64,000 nt of DNA from Candidatus Wolfebacteria bacterium GW2011_GWE2_44_13 (GCA_001000675.1 LCHW01000001.1:218294-282293), one strand, 5' to 3'. Shown: positions 8,986 to 18,381, numbered from the stretch's first letter. Made by a program: numbers and translations. The notes: generated from the letters alone by a model not told the origin.

Positions 8986-10195
8986 TATTTTTGAAGAAAC
9001 AATCGCAGCACTCTCAGGAAACAAGGTGCGATCGGGGCTTACGATGCTCGGTATTGTTATTGGTATTAGCTCCGTCATCGCGATGGTTGCTATCGGTCAA
9101 GGCGCACAAGGTTCGATTCAGTCGAGTATCCAATCGATTGGCTCAAACCTCGTACTTGTTATGCCAGGCCAACAGCGGGGAGCCGGTATGCAGGTCAGCA
9201 CAGGTAGAGGATCTGCTCGCTCGCTTACCCAAGATGATGCTGATGCAATTGGTGCAGAAGTAGCTCTTGCTCAGGCGGTTGCGCCCGAAATATCGTCCCG
9301 TTACCAAATAACCAGTAAGGGTAAGAATACAAATACCTCGGTTGTTGGTACGACCGCTGCATATCCTTCTGTGCGCAATGTCGAGATTGAACAAGGGTCG
9401 TTTATTACGGAGCAAAACATTCGTAGCTTATCAAAAGTTGCAGTACTCGGGCCAATAACGCGTGACGATTTATTTGGCGAAGATGCGGATGCGATTGGAC
9501 AAACGATTCGCATTAAGAATATTGAGTTTAAAGTTATCGGTGTCACAAAAGAAAAGGGTGGTAGTGGATTTAGTAATCCCGATGATACAATCTTTGTTCC
9601 TTTATCTAGTGCCCAGCGTTTTCTAGCAGGGGATACGTATGTGACAACAATCAGCGTACAAGCGGAAAGTGCTGATGCGATGACCGAAATACAACAACAG
9701 ATTACCGATCTTTTATTGGCTCGTCATAATATCGCGGATGCAACCCTAGCGGATTTTAGTATTATGAATCAGGCTGATATCATATCCACGGCCTCGAGCG
9801 TTACGCAAACCTTTACCATCCTCCTTGCGGCAATTGCGGGCATTTCGCTCGTAGTCGGCGGTATCGGCATTATGAACATGATGCTCACCACCGTCACTGA
9901 GCGCACACGAGAGATTGGACTGCGTAAGGCAATTGGCGCAAAGAGAAAAGATATTAGCGCTCAATTTCTTGTTGAAGCCGTCCTCCTGACCTTTATTGGC
10001 GGATCGATTGGAATTTTCCTTGGTTGGGCTGTATCGTTTGGAGTTTCCTATTTTAATCTTGTGCAAACACAAGTAACGCTCTCATCGGTCTTGCTTGCAT
10101 TCGGTGTTTCCGCAGGGATTGGCATTGTGTTTGGCTATTACCCAGCGCGTCGCGCAGCAAGTCTTAATCCAATCGAAGCGTTACGGTACGAATAA
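8972..10195 (+). CDS. ABC transporter permease (MacB-type, FtsX domain)
   Basis: N-terminal TM, a large periplasmic domain and a C-terminal FtsX 3-TM bundle. The ATG at 8972 overlaps the ATPase stop by 14 bp. The longer ORF-track start at 8837 is unlikely. Confidence 0.8.
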   Translation: MTTADIFEETIAALSGNKVRSGLTMLGIVIGISSVIAMVAIGQGAQGSIQSSIQSIGSNLVLVMPGQQRGAGMQVSTGRGSARSLTQDDADAIGAEVALAQAVAPEISSRYQITSKGKNTNTSVVGTTAAYPSVRNVEIEQGSFITEQNIRSLSKVAVLGPITRDDLFGEDADAIGQTIRIKNIEFKVIGVTKEKGGSGFSNPDDTIFVPLSSAQRFLAGDTYVTTISVQAESADAMTEIQQQITDLLLARHNIADATLADFSIMNQADIISTASSVTQTFTILLAAIAGISLVVGGIGIMNMMLTTVTERTREIGLRKAIGAKRKDISAQFLVEAVLLTFIGGSIGIFLGWAVSFGVSYFNLVQTQVTLSSVLLAFGVSAGIGIVFGYYPARRAASLNPIEALRYE

Positions 10196-10210
10196 ATTAT
10201 TATTACTTAT

Positions 10211-10663
10211 ATGACAAAGCAACAATTCAAAAAATATTTTCCCATTATCGTAATCATTGGTATTATCAGTGCTGGTTCCTTTTATGCGGGTATGCGCTAT
10301 GAACGCGGTGGATCTGATAGATTGGCGCAAAACAACGGCATGCTTTTGGCTCCTGCAGAACGGCAGGCACGAATGGCAAGCGGAGGATTGAATGGCGCAC
10401 AGCGCAATGTTGGTGCGAGAACGAATGGAGGGGGATTAGTTGCGGGAGAAATTATTGCGAAAGATGCTACGAGCATTACCGTTAAGCTTCGAGATGGGGG
10501 ATCTAAGATAGTATTCTTATCAAACACAACGAGTGTTATGAAGTCGACTAATGGATCAACTGAAGATTTAGTCATTGGCGCACAAGTAACGACTACAGGG
10601 ACTACAAATACTGATGGCAGCATTACAGCGCAATCCGTGCAACTTCGCACTGATATGCAATAA
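10211..10663 (+). CDS. hypothetical membrane-anchored secreted protein
   Basis: N-terminal TM anchor followed by a Gly/Thr-rich ectodomain. No family was recognised. Confidence 0.4.
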   Translation: MTKQQFKKYFPIIVIIGIISAGSFYAGMRYERGGSDRLAQNNGMLLAPAERQARMASGGLNGAQRNVGARTNGGGLVAGEIIAKDATSITVKLRDGGSKIVFLSNTTSVMKSTNGSTEDLVIGAQVTTTGTTNTDGSITAQSVQLRTDMQ

Positions 10664-10743
10664 GGATGCGCTGATAAAAAATAAATGGGATTAATGGTGC
10701 CTAGCCCATTAATCCCATTTATATTAGTCATGCAGAATATATC

Positions 10744-11265
10744 CTACTGGAGCTTTCCTAAGAAGATTTCTTTTCCGTTGACGCTTAGCCTACCCTCGCT
10801 TTGATGTTCCCAAAATTCGATTGTGCCATCGGTTGAGAGATAGCGCGCTCCACTGGCGCTTATTGCTTGTGCAAGTAAAATATTTTCATATCCCAAAGAA
10901 GGTGCATCGAGAATTGCAGTCCTTGTTTTAATGCGATATACAACGCGTACTGCATTTTTCCCATCAAAATAATCTCCAGTATTGTTCACTCCTACTACGA
11001 TGCAATCTCCTTGAAGAAGCGACCATTCTTCACAGATTGCTCCACCAGGGAACAGACATTCACCTAATTGTCCTTCGGGTGTATTTTTTATTTGGATTGT
11101 GCCTCCATTTTCTGTACAAAAGATTGACGCGGGGTTTGCTTGGGTAACTGCAGTTGAAGGAGGTGTATTTGTATCTTCGGGTGTGTTCATTTTTGCGATG
11201 AATACACGAAGACCGTATAATCCCGAGAGAATAACTACGACACTGATAAGTATTTTTTTGTCCAT
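10744..11265 (-). CDS. DUF333 (putative hemolysin-like) domain fused to an MliC-like lysozyme-inhibitor domain, secreted
   Basis: Signal-like N-terminus. DUF333 motif NPASIFCTENGG...GEC...GG.C.EW, followed by an MliC-like C-terminal beta-barrel (SGARYLSTDGTIEFWEH). Confidence 0.5.
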   Translation of the reverse strand: MDKKILISVVVILSGLYGLRVFIAKMNTPEDTNTPPSTAVTQANPASIFCTENGGTIQIKNTPEGQLGECLFPGGAICEEWSLLQGDCIVVGVNNTGDYFDGKNAVRVVYRIKTRTAILDAPSLGYENILLAQAISASGARYLSTDGTIEFWEHQSEGRLSVNGKEIFLGKLQ

Positions 11266-11418
11266 ACGTATAGTATATACCTTATATCCTTTGAATAGTG
11301 GGTTATTTTTGTGGATAACTTATTATTAAAACAGTACATTGTCTTGTATACTTTAATTAATGTCATAAAAAATAAAAATGACCGTTTATAAAATCAAATA
11401 ATAATTTTACTACCCGGT

Positions 11419-12573
11419 ATGTACAAAATAAAAAGTAAGACATTGATGGTGTGCGTGGCTATCCTTATCGTGATGACCCTCACGACTCCCGTAATTACCT
11501 ATGCTGCTTGGTGGAATCCCGTCTCCTGGTTTAAAGTTTTGGTTTCCAAGATTATACCTAAAAGAGAAAAGGCACCGGAAAAGCCCCAGCCTCAAGCTAC
11601 GGAAGATTCTGGTTTTAAAAACGCGTCATCTTCAAGCAGTACTCCCGAATATCAGGTAGCTACGGGTAATGATTATCCACAACAGAATAATACCGGCAGC
11701 TCGAATAATAGTAGCCAGAGCAATAGCCAGAATGCAAATTCGAATGCAACATACTATGATGAAACGCCCGAGTTCCATGTAGCTTCATCGAGCGGTGGAC
11801 AGTCTAGCTCGGCATGTCCAGATACGGGTCAGCCTATGTGCGGTACAAATGGAGTTACCTATAGAAATTATTGTGAGTTGCAAAGTGCAGGCGCTACTTA
11901 TAACTATGGTTCAGCGTGCGTACCGCCAGCGAATACAGGCTCTTCAACTGGCTCAGCCTCGGGCTCGAACTCAGAAACGTCAGTCGGGTATTCGACTGGT
12001 TCTAATGCAACTACAGATACAAATGCCAGCGCTGCTTCGACCACTGCTACGGGCAGTGCTTCCAATGTGAACACTAATACTACTACTGGGTCGGGAACAG
12101 CGACCACAGGTGGCTCAGGCGCCGAAGTGGTAACGTTTAGCTGTGGCTTGTCGGCCAATCCGAGCCAAGCGGTTAATCTAAGAAATAGGACGGGGAGCTA
12201 CGAGTATCGGCCAATTCCGGCAACCGTTGGAGCGGATATAAAATGGTACACAAATATAATAAATACTGGCCCAGATGATATGGGTGAATGGAAGTCGGAA
12301 AATATTGGCATCGGTACGCGATGTTATTCAACTGTATATTATCAAATCGATTTAAACAGCGATAACACATGGGATGTTACTATGAAAGGGGATATGGCTC
12401 AATTGCGCGCCACCGACCCAAACATGGTAGATCATTTTGCCATCAAAAATTCTTCTAGTTGGAAGGCTGTTGCTGGAAATCATGCGTGGAGAATTTGCGC
12501 CGATGGAGCAAATAAGATTGACGAAACGAACGAAACTGATAATTGCGTTGAAGGAACAATAGAAGTTAAATAA
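11419..12573 (+). CDS. secreted low-complexity (S/T/N/G-rich) protein with a Kazal-type protease-inhibitor-like domain
   Basis: Signal/TM N-terminus. Kazal-like signature CPDTGQPMCGTNGVTYRNYCELQSAG...YGSAC. Long Ser/Thr/Asn/Gly linkers. Confidence 0.5.
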   Translation: MYKIKSKTLMVCVAILIVMTLTTPVITYAAWWNPVSWFKVLVSKIIPKREKAPEKPQPQATEDSGFKNASSSSSTPEYQVATGNDYPQQNNTGSSNNSSQSNSQNANSNATYYDETPEFHVASSSGGQSSSACPDTGQPMCGTNGVTYRNYCELQSAGATYNYGSACVPPANTGSSTGSASGSNSETSVGYSTGSNATTDTNASAASTTATGSASNVNTNTTTGSGTATTGGSGAEVVTFSCGLSANPSQAVNLRNRTGSYEYRPIPATVGADIKWYTNIINTGPDDMGEWKSENIGIGTRCYSTVYYQIDLNSDNTWDVTMKGDMAQLRATDPNMVDHFAIKNSSSWKAVAGNHAWRICADGANKIDETNETDNCVEGTIEVK

Positions 12574-12582
12574 ATTTTAATC

Positions 12583-13128
12583 ATGCATAAAAATCTCATC
12601 ATCGGTATAGTGGCTATAGTAGGTATCGTTGCGGGTATTCTCTTCTTTTCATTGCAATCGGCCCCAGTAGACGAACAGGCGAATCAAAATGCTCCAGTCA
12701 AGCAAAACGATCAAGCCGCTGTTGTTCCTGGTGCAGATAGTAGTAATGCCAATATTGCTGTTTCTGAAAAACCTAACACAGCTAAGTTCGAAGAATATTT
12801 TGACGCTCTTTATTTGGCTAAAATAGCAAATAACGAAGTTTTGAATTACAGCGCCATACCTCAGGCATCGTTATCGTTTGTGGTTGGTAGGGATCAATTT
12901 TGTACGGTTGTCGAACCTAAAAAAATAATTTCAGCGGGAACATATGCCTCGGCTATATATAACGTTAATACGAAAACGTATGTAAAACCAAAAACCGTTT
13001 TTCCTGGAACGTTTGATCCAATGTTAAACGCTGGTTGTGGATCCATCCCAGCTCAAGTAGGGAAGTATGAATATAAAGCTTACCTTGGAAATACACTAGT
13101 TATGGTCCTTCCGTTTGAAATAAAATGA
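12583..13128 (+). CDS. hypothetical membrane-anchored protein
   Basis: N-terminal TM helix. No family was recognised. Confidence 0.4.
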   Translation: MHKNLIIGIVAIVGIVAGILFFSLQSAPVDEQANQNAPVKQNDQAAVVPGADSSNANIAVSEKPNTAKFEEYFDALYLAKIANNEVLNYSAIPQASLSFVVGRDQFCTVVEPKKIISAGTYASAIYNVNTKTYVKPKTVFPGTFDPMLNAGCGSIPAQVGKYEYKAYLGNTLVMVLPFEIK

Positions 13129-13171
13129 GGTAAAGGCGGAGTTAAATGGGTTTGATGTTTTTAAATTAATA

Positions 13172-13204
13172 TAATAAAAAAAGGCCCCGACAAGGGGCCT
13201 TTTG
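13172..13204. terminator. Bidirectional intrinsic terminator
   Basis: A8-AGGCCCC-gacaa-GGGGCC-TTTT, between convergent genes. Confidence 0.6.
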
Positions 13205-13228
13205 CGAAACTGCTTTTTGAAGCCAGGG

Positions 13229-13825
13229 TTATCTCCTGCGAAGTCCTGCGCTGCATTGGCGGGTGGTTGGGGGAGCGATGGGCCGATTGTGCTTTTCGTT
13301 GAATTTGCGGAGGAGCTTTTTCTCCTCCAGTAGACGATAGGCCTTTATTTGGCCATGCCCTACAAGGGCGTTTGTCTGGTTGCAACGGAATTTGCCGTTG
13401 CGCAACGGTTTAAATGTTAACCGCGGTGCTTTTGTCATGGGTACCCCTGATCGGTCGAGGGTGACCTCTTTGACCTTGTCCGCCACTCGCATTACGCGAG
13501 ATATTTCGATTACTGTGTTCCTGTAAAACACAGCCTGTATTCTTTCGACGCTGGGTGCTATGACGAGCTCTTCGAGCTCTCCGTCATCTCTCAGTAAACC
13601 TATTTCGTGAGCGAGGTCACAACAGGCGTAAAAATACAGTTGCGTGTTGAGCTCCTCCCCTTCGGAGGTAAAGACGTAGCGTATGAAACACGCTGTTTCC
13701 AGTACCTGCCGAGATGTCCCTTCGACGACCATCCTTTTAACCTCTGCGTAAAACCTTTTGAACGCTTCCTGAAACGAAGCGCATTCAGTGCCAACTGCCA
13801 TCATTGCAACAACCACCTGAAACAT
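13229..13825 (-). CDS. hypothetical protein in a locally GC-rich segment
   Basis: 198-aa ORF with no recognisable motifs. Its 3' portion is markedly more GC-rich than the surroundings. Coding status is uncertain. Confidence 0.3.
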   Translation of the reverse strand: MFQVVVAMMAVGTECASFQEAFKRFYAEVKRMVVEGTSRQVLETACFIRYVFTSEGEELNTQLYFYACCDLAHEIGLLRDDGELEELVIAPSVERIQAVFYRNTVIEISRVMRVADKVKEVTLDRSGVPMTKAPRLTFKPLRNGKFRCNQTNALVGHGQIKAYRLLEEKKLLRKFNEKHNRPIAPPTTRQCSAGLRRR

Positions 13826-13936
13826 GGGGCCTCCTTGTGCTCGGTTAGGGTTGAATTTATATGCCCGTCGGCGGGTTATTTGTTCTGCCTCATTTATACG
13901 ATGTATTGCTTAATATTGTCAATCTCCGCGAGAATT

Positions 13937-14626
13937 TTACTCGTTTGGTATTAGTGGATAATAACGAAGCTGGGCATACAACAGTTCGAGGCTGCTTTTT
14001 ATGAGCATTGCCGCATCGGGGTTGTCTATGCGAAAGAAAAACGCTTTTTTCCTTGAAAAAAATATTACTGAATCGCGAAATGCAACGAGGGTACATGTGC
14101 CGAGAATCGGTTCACCTGTAAAACGCGCTGCGCCGCTGCGCTGTTTAATGTGCGCACCTAATTCTTTACTGATAATCGATTGAAAAACTTTAAGCATTCC
14201 TGTGCTGCCAATACTTTTTAAAACAACGCCTTTTTTGGCAATTGCCTTTTGCCATTCGGGGAGGCCCTGTTCGTTTTTAAGGAGCCACTGTATCTCCTCG
14301 TCTGATTCTACGGAATAAACAACCTCTCCTCGTTGCAATGTAAGCACTTCAGAAAGAAGTGCTTTAATTTGTTCGCGGGGAGTCGTAGATTTTTCGGAAT
14401 ATTTTTGCAGTTGTGAAGATACTATTGAGTAGAGGAACCCCTGCTGTGCTACAAGTCCTTTTTCTTTTAGAGAAGTGGCGGAGTTATAAATACTTGTGCG
14501 CGCAAGGTTTACGGCTCGTGCTATTTCTGAAATAGATGCTTGTTTTTCTGCGGATAGTAAATAACGCAAAACCTTTTCTTCGGTTGGCGTTACGGCGAGA
14601 TAGGGGAAAGAGGGCTTATTGCGCAT
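13937..14626 (-). CDS. winged-helix (MarR/TrmB-like) transcriptional regulator
   Basis: N-terminal wHTH (EEKVLRYLL...ASISEIARAVNLARTSIYNSATSLKEKGLV). Start set at the Met at 14626 (MRNKP), which abuts a palindromic operator. Confidence 0.5.
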   Translation of the reverse strand: MRNKPSFPYLAVTPTEEKVLRYLLSAEKQASISEIARAVNLARTSIYNSATSLKEKGLVAQQGFLYSIVSSQLQKYSEKSTTPREQIKALLSEVLTLQRGEVVYSVESDEEIQWLLKNEQGLPEWQKAIAKKGVVLKSIGSTGMLKVFQSIISKELGAHIKQRSGAARFTGEPILGTCTLVAFRDSVIFFSRKKAFFFRIDNPDAAMLIKSSLELLYAQLRYYPLIPNE

Positions 14627-14631
14627 AGGGT

Positions 14632-14658
14632 AAATATGTACAAATATTGTACATATTT
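14632..14658. promoter_or_regulatory. Perfect 12-bp inverted repeat, putative operator, in a divergent promoter region
   Basis: AAATATGTACAA-ata-TTGTACATATTT (contains TGTACA twice). It overlaps the start codon of the wHTH regulator. Confidence 0.4.
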
Positions 14659-14728
14659 TTACAGTATCGTCAACCCATGGTTCAATACAATTATATACAT
14701 TAATGATCGGTTCCCGAATCAATACACT

Positions 14729-15796
14729 ATGAATCAATTTAAAAAATGGGCTCTATGGATTGCCACGGTTGTTATTATCGCTATCGGAGGATACCAAGCA
14801 TGGAGTAATTCTGCAGGAGTTATTTCAAAGGATTCAATTACAATAGGGTTTATTGGTCCGTTAACTGGTGAGAATGCTGCAATTGGGGAAGGCATAAAAA
14901 ATGCAATTGCGTTGTCTGCAAAAGATGTCGATGTGCGCGTTATTTACGAGGACGACCAGTTTGATGGCAAGAAAGGTATTGCTGCATATCAAAAATTGCG
15001 AACTATGGATAAGGTTGATGCGATTATCAATACAACGCCGACAGTTATTGACGCAATTACTCCGTTGTTGCAAGCTGACCCCATTGTCGTTATACAAATT
15101 GCAGAGCCTGAATTAAGTGGGGATGATACGATATTTCAAATTATGCCAAGCGGTGCGTCGCTCTATGCTCGATTGGGAGAGATGGCTCGAGAAGACTACG
15201 CTTCTTTTGCTTTTGTGCATCAAGAAGGAGCGGCTTTTGAAAAAGCTAAGAATTATTTCAAAAAAACGTACGAAAATCCAAGCGTTAAATTTAACGAATA
15301 TCGCATTGATGACAGTAAAGATTATCGAACCGTTATTGCGAAAATGAAACGCGATGGCGTTATAGCATATACGGTTATTGCTACGCCAAGCGTAGGGGTG
15401 CAATTTATTAAGCAGGTAAAAGAGCAAGGAGTCGGCTCTGTGTTGGTATGTAATGCTGATATGGAGGTTACGATAAGCGAATATCTAAAAGTGCTGCCAC
15501 AGGGCGTGTTTGAGGGGTGTAAATCGGCTATGTTCGCCGACAGAATGGCAGATAGTTTTAAAGTTGCGTATAAAAATGCGTATGGGGTTGATGCAGGATT
15601 TGCGACTGATTACGGATTTGATGCGGTGCGTATTATTAAAAATACATACGATACAGATAACGAAACATGGGTAAATGCCTTAAAGCATCTATTGTTCGAC
15701 GGAGCTTCGGGAAGAATTCAGTTTGACGATCTCGGCGTGCGTGTCCCTGAAATTGAAGAGCATGTGTTTAAAGATGGTGTGTTTGTGAAGAGGTAA
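14729..15796 (+). CDS. ABC-type substrate-binding protein (Peripla_BP_6/LivJ-like, amino-acid binding)
   Basis: Signal anchor followed by a type-I periplasmic binding fold (ITIGFIGPLTGENAAIGEGIKNAIALS). Start taken at MNQFKKW. Confidence 0.65.
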   Translation: MNQFKKWALWIATVVIIAIGGYQAWSNSAGVISKDSITIGFIGPLTGENAAIGEGIKNAIALSAKDVDVRVIYEDDQFDGKKGIAAYQKLRTMDKVDAIINTTPTVIDAITPLLQADPIVVIQIAEPELSGDDTIFQIMPSGASLYARLGEMAREDYASFAFVHQEGAAFEKAKNYFKKTYENPSVKFNEYRIDDSKDYRTVIAKMKRDGVIAYTVIATPSVGVQFIKQVKEQGVGSVLVCNADMEVTISEYLKVLPQGVFEGCKSAMFADRMADSFKVAYKNAYGVDAGFATDYGFDAVRIIKNTYDTDNETWVNALKHLLFDGASGRIQFDDLGVRVPEIEEHVFKDGVFVKR

Positions 15797-15844
15797 CGAG
15801 TTTATCCTATGGGTGGAATTAAAGAGGGCGAATATCTTGAATTT

Positions 15845-15875
15845 AAAAAAGCCCGCTTTCGCGGGCTTTTGTTGG
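15845..15875. terminator. Bidirectional intrinsic terminator
   Basis: AGCCCGC-tttc-GCGGGCT with A-run and T-run flanks. Confidence 0.6.
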
Positions 15876-15889
15876 TTACGTCGAAGCGG

Positions 15890-17674
15890 TTATTTTATTG
15901 TAAATAACAACAACCCCTTAATAAGGTTTATTGCATATCCTGTTTCTGATAACTCTCCGCCGATTCGTTCGATATGATATTTGAATGCGATTGCATCGTT
16001 TTCAAATACTATAATTATCTGGTCTTTTGGAACACTGCCTGTATTTGTTTTGCTTAATGTATTGAGAAATGCGTTGAGATTTTTTTCGGCGATAAGTACG
16101 CCACCCTTTGTCACTTCAAATGTATTTTTCGCTGTGTTTATTTTGAATTGATATTGTACGCCCGCAATTGTTTGCGTGGATTCCATGCCTTGATTTGGTA
16201 TGGCGTAATCAAATTGTGTTATTTGTGTGGCTTGTGTATTTACTTCGGAATTATAGTAGAAATTTTGCTGACCCGATGCCCAACTTTCGAGATAGGGTAG
16301 GCCGAACTTTTCCATAACCTGTTTCTTTTGCTCTTCACGATTTGCGGCGAGACTGGATAATACTTCTTTGCTGAATATTGGCGTAAGACTGTTTTTTCCG
16401 TGGGTGGTAATAAGATAGCTTGTGATGGCTCCTATTTCTTTTTTATCACCAAAAGAAACATCTGCGTCGCGTACCGCATGTATTCCGTCGTCAGCGAGAA
16501 TCCTATTTTTCACGAGTAGATTCTCAAGTCTGTTTTGCTGGCTTCTTTCAGAAATAGCCAACGCGCCGAGGGGGCCAAAGGATGATACAAGTGCGATAAG
16601 AAACAAGCTAACAGGGATTATTCGTAGATCCTTCTTTTTACTGATAAGAAAATAAGAAGACAAGGCTAAGAGCCAAAAGCCGGCTACCAACACATAATAT
16701 CTATTTTCTGTTATGCCGTACTGCGAAATGCGAAACCATAGCGCCCAGAAAAGCATGCCTATTTGGGGGATAAGCACCATGTGAAATATATCACCAGCTT
16801 TCCGTATCCATGCAATGACATTTCTTAGCGGATACAAGCATATGTATACGAGCATGCCGAGCACTGAAAATCCGAGAATCATATATGCGAGCGTGCCCAC
16901 GGGCCATTCCTGCGTTATGCCTATTCTAATTACATATGCATAGAGAATAAGGAAGTACAGGGATACAAGCGGTACAAACACATACTGGAGAAGTAAGCGC
17001 AGTTCTTTCGGGTATTCTGCGGATTCTATGGTGTGCCCAACATTTTGTGGTATGCGGGATAACAAGAATGCTGGTCCGAAAAAACTAAATAAAACAATCG
17101 CCATGTCTTGATACGCATGTTCGCTAATAGCTATAGTAAAAAGATGACCGATGGCTGATAGGGCAATAGAAACACCAGCTTGTGTTAAGGCTAGCCAAAT
17201 GATGGTTAACGCTATTGAGATGACGAGATAGGCATTAAAATACCATATTTTATCTGAAGCACTTTCGATTCTTTTCTTTATGTATGGTGCAAATGAAATT
17301 AAAAATACAAGACACAGCCCCCACAAAACAGAGCGAAGAATAATCGCATCTTCCGCTGTGTTAAGATCGGCAGGTAAGTAAGAATAATATCCGGCTAAAA
17401 GTCCAAAGCCTGCTAGGCTTATACTGGATCGGATTTTCTTGCTCCAGTTGTTTTGTTCGCACAAGAGAGTGATGGAGATAAAAAGCAAAAATCCTAATAT
17501 GGATGTAATAAGTATTTTTGCCAAAACTGCAGTATTGCCAACTTGATGGGCGAGTAAGAGCCCTGCGCTGACGGTTGCTATCGAAAATAGAAATGAAAAA
17601 GGAAACCGCCGAGCTGCGGTTTGTAGGCTCTCAATGAGTGATAGTATGGCGCGTAATTTTAGTATGTTTTTCAT
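15890..17674 (-). CDS. large polytopic membrane protein (DUF4153-like?) with a C-terminal extracytoplasmic domain
   Basis: At least 10 predicted TM helices and then a soluble C-terminal domain. No catalytic motifs were recognised. Confidence 0.45.
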   Translation of the reverse strand: MKNILKLRAILSLIESLQTAARRFPFSFLFSIATVSAGLLLAHQVGNTAVLAKILITSILGFLLFISITLLCEQNNWSKKIRSSISLAGFGLLAGYYSYLPADLNTAEDAIILRSVLWGLCLVFLISFAPYIKKRIESASDKIWYFNAYLVISIALTIIWLALTQAGVSIALSAIGHLFTIAISEHAYQDMAIVLFSFFGPAFLLSRIPQNVGHTIESAEYPKELRLLLQYVFVPLVSLYFLILYAYVIRIGITQEWPVGTLAYMILGFSVLGMLVYICLYPLRNVIAWIRKAGDIFHMVLIPQIGMLFWALWFRISQYGITENRYYVLVAGFWLLALSSYFLISKKKDLRIIPVSLFLIALVSSFGPLGALAISERSQQNRLENLLVKNRILADDGIHAVRDADVSFGDKKEIGAITSYLITTHGKNSLTPIFSKEVLSSLAANREEQKKQVMEKFGLPYLESWASGQQNFYYNSEVNTQATQITQFDYAIPNQGMESTQTIAGVQYQFKINTAKNTFEVTKGGVLIAEKNLNAFLNTLSKTNTGSVPKDQIIIVFENDAIAFKYHIERIGGELSETGYAINLIKGLLLFTIK

Positions 17675-17682
17675 AGACGCTT

Positions 17683-17889
17683 TTATTTAGTTTTATATTC
17701 CAAAATATCCCCTGGCTGACAATCCAAGGCTTTGCAAATTGCTTCTAATGTGGAGAGACGGATTGCTTTTGCCTTGCCATTTTTTAATATGGAAAGATTT
17801 GCCATGGTGATGCCTATTTTTTCTGCGAGTTCGGTGACGCTCATTTTTCTTTTAGCCATCACCACATCAATGTTTATTATAATTGCCAT
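17683..17889 (-). CDS. XRE-family helix-turn-helix transcriptional regulator (YozG-like, HTH_3)
   Basis: 68-aa HTH_3 protein (MSVTELAEKIGITMANLSILKNGKAKAIRLSTLEAICKALDCQPGDILEY). Confidence 0.8.
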   Translation of the reverse strand: MAIIINIDVVMAKRKMSVTELAEKIGITMANLSILKNGKAKAIRLSTLEAICKALDCQPGDILEYKTK

Positions 17890-17895
17890 AATTGT

Positions 17896-18381
17896 TTAAA
17901 CGGTTAAGTCGTTTTCTGATTTTATATCTATCGCGCTTTGTAACAACTTTTGCAGAACTGCAGCAAAGGTTGCAATAATAAGAGAAGCGAAAATAATAAT
18001 CAACCCAATTGCTACGAGACCTGGAGCATCATCTGCATCGGCGAGAGAGAACAAGAAAGGGAGTGTGCCTGTGTATATCGCGCTAATAGTTAATGCGCAA
18101 TACTTAATGGTCGTTAAAGCTTTTACGGACAATCCAGAAAAGGCTGTGTTTTTATCAATAAACCCTAATAACTTCAAGGCTTGGTACAGGGCGATGAAAA
18201 ACGGAATTGTCGTTATATACGCACCAATCAATACATAGCGCAAGTCAGCAAACTCTGGCTTTATTGATCCTACGTTTGCGAGCCATGGAAATAAAAAGAT
18301 GCATAGGGCGGCTACTGCGATTCCCATAAGAAAAATGGCGGTTCGTAGGAAAATTGTTGATCCACGTTTTGTGAGCTTCAT
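17896..18381 (-). CDS. small polytopic membrane protein (DUF2975-like), partner of the XRE regulator
   Basis: Four TM helices. It lies immediately upstream of and co-oriented with the 68-aa XRE gene, an arrangement that recurs across bacteria. Confidence 0.4.
   Translation of the reverse strand: MKLTKRGSTIFLRTAIFLMGIAVAALCIFLFPWLANVGSIKPEFADLRYVLIGAYITTIPFFIALYQALKLLGFIDKNTAFSGLSVKALTTIKYCALTISAIYTGTLPFLFSLADADDAPGLVAIGLIIIFASLIIATFAAVLQKLLQSAIDIKSENDLTV

Noticed and set aside
13229-13500. RNA gene or foreign insertion explaining the locally GC-rich segment
   Set aside because: No rRNA, tRNA or ribozyme signatures were seen. The segment is covered by a continuous 198-aa ORF, so it is kept as a low-confidence hypothetical CDS.
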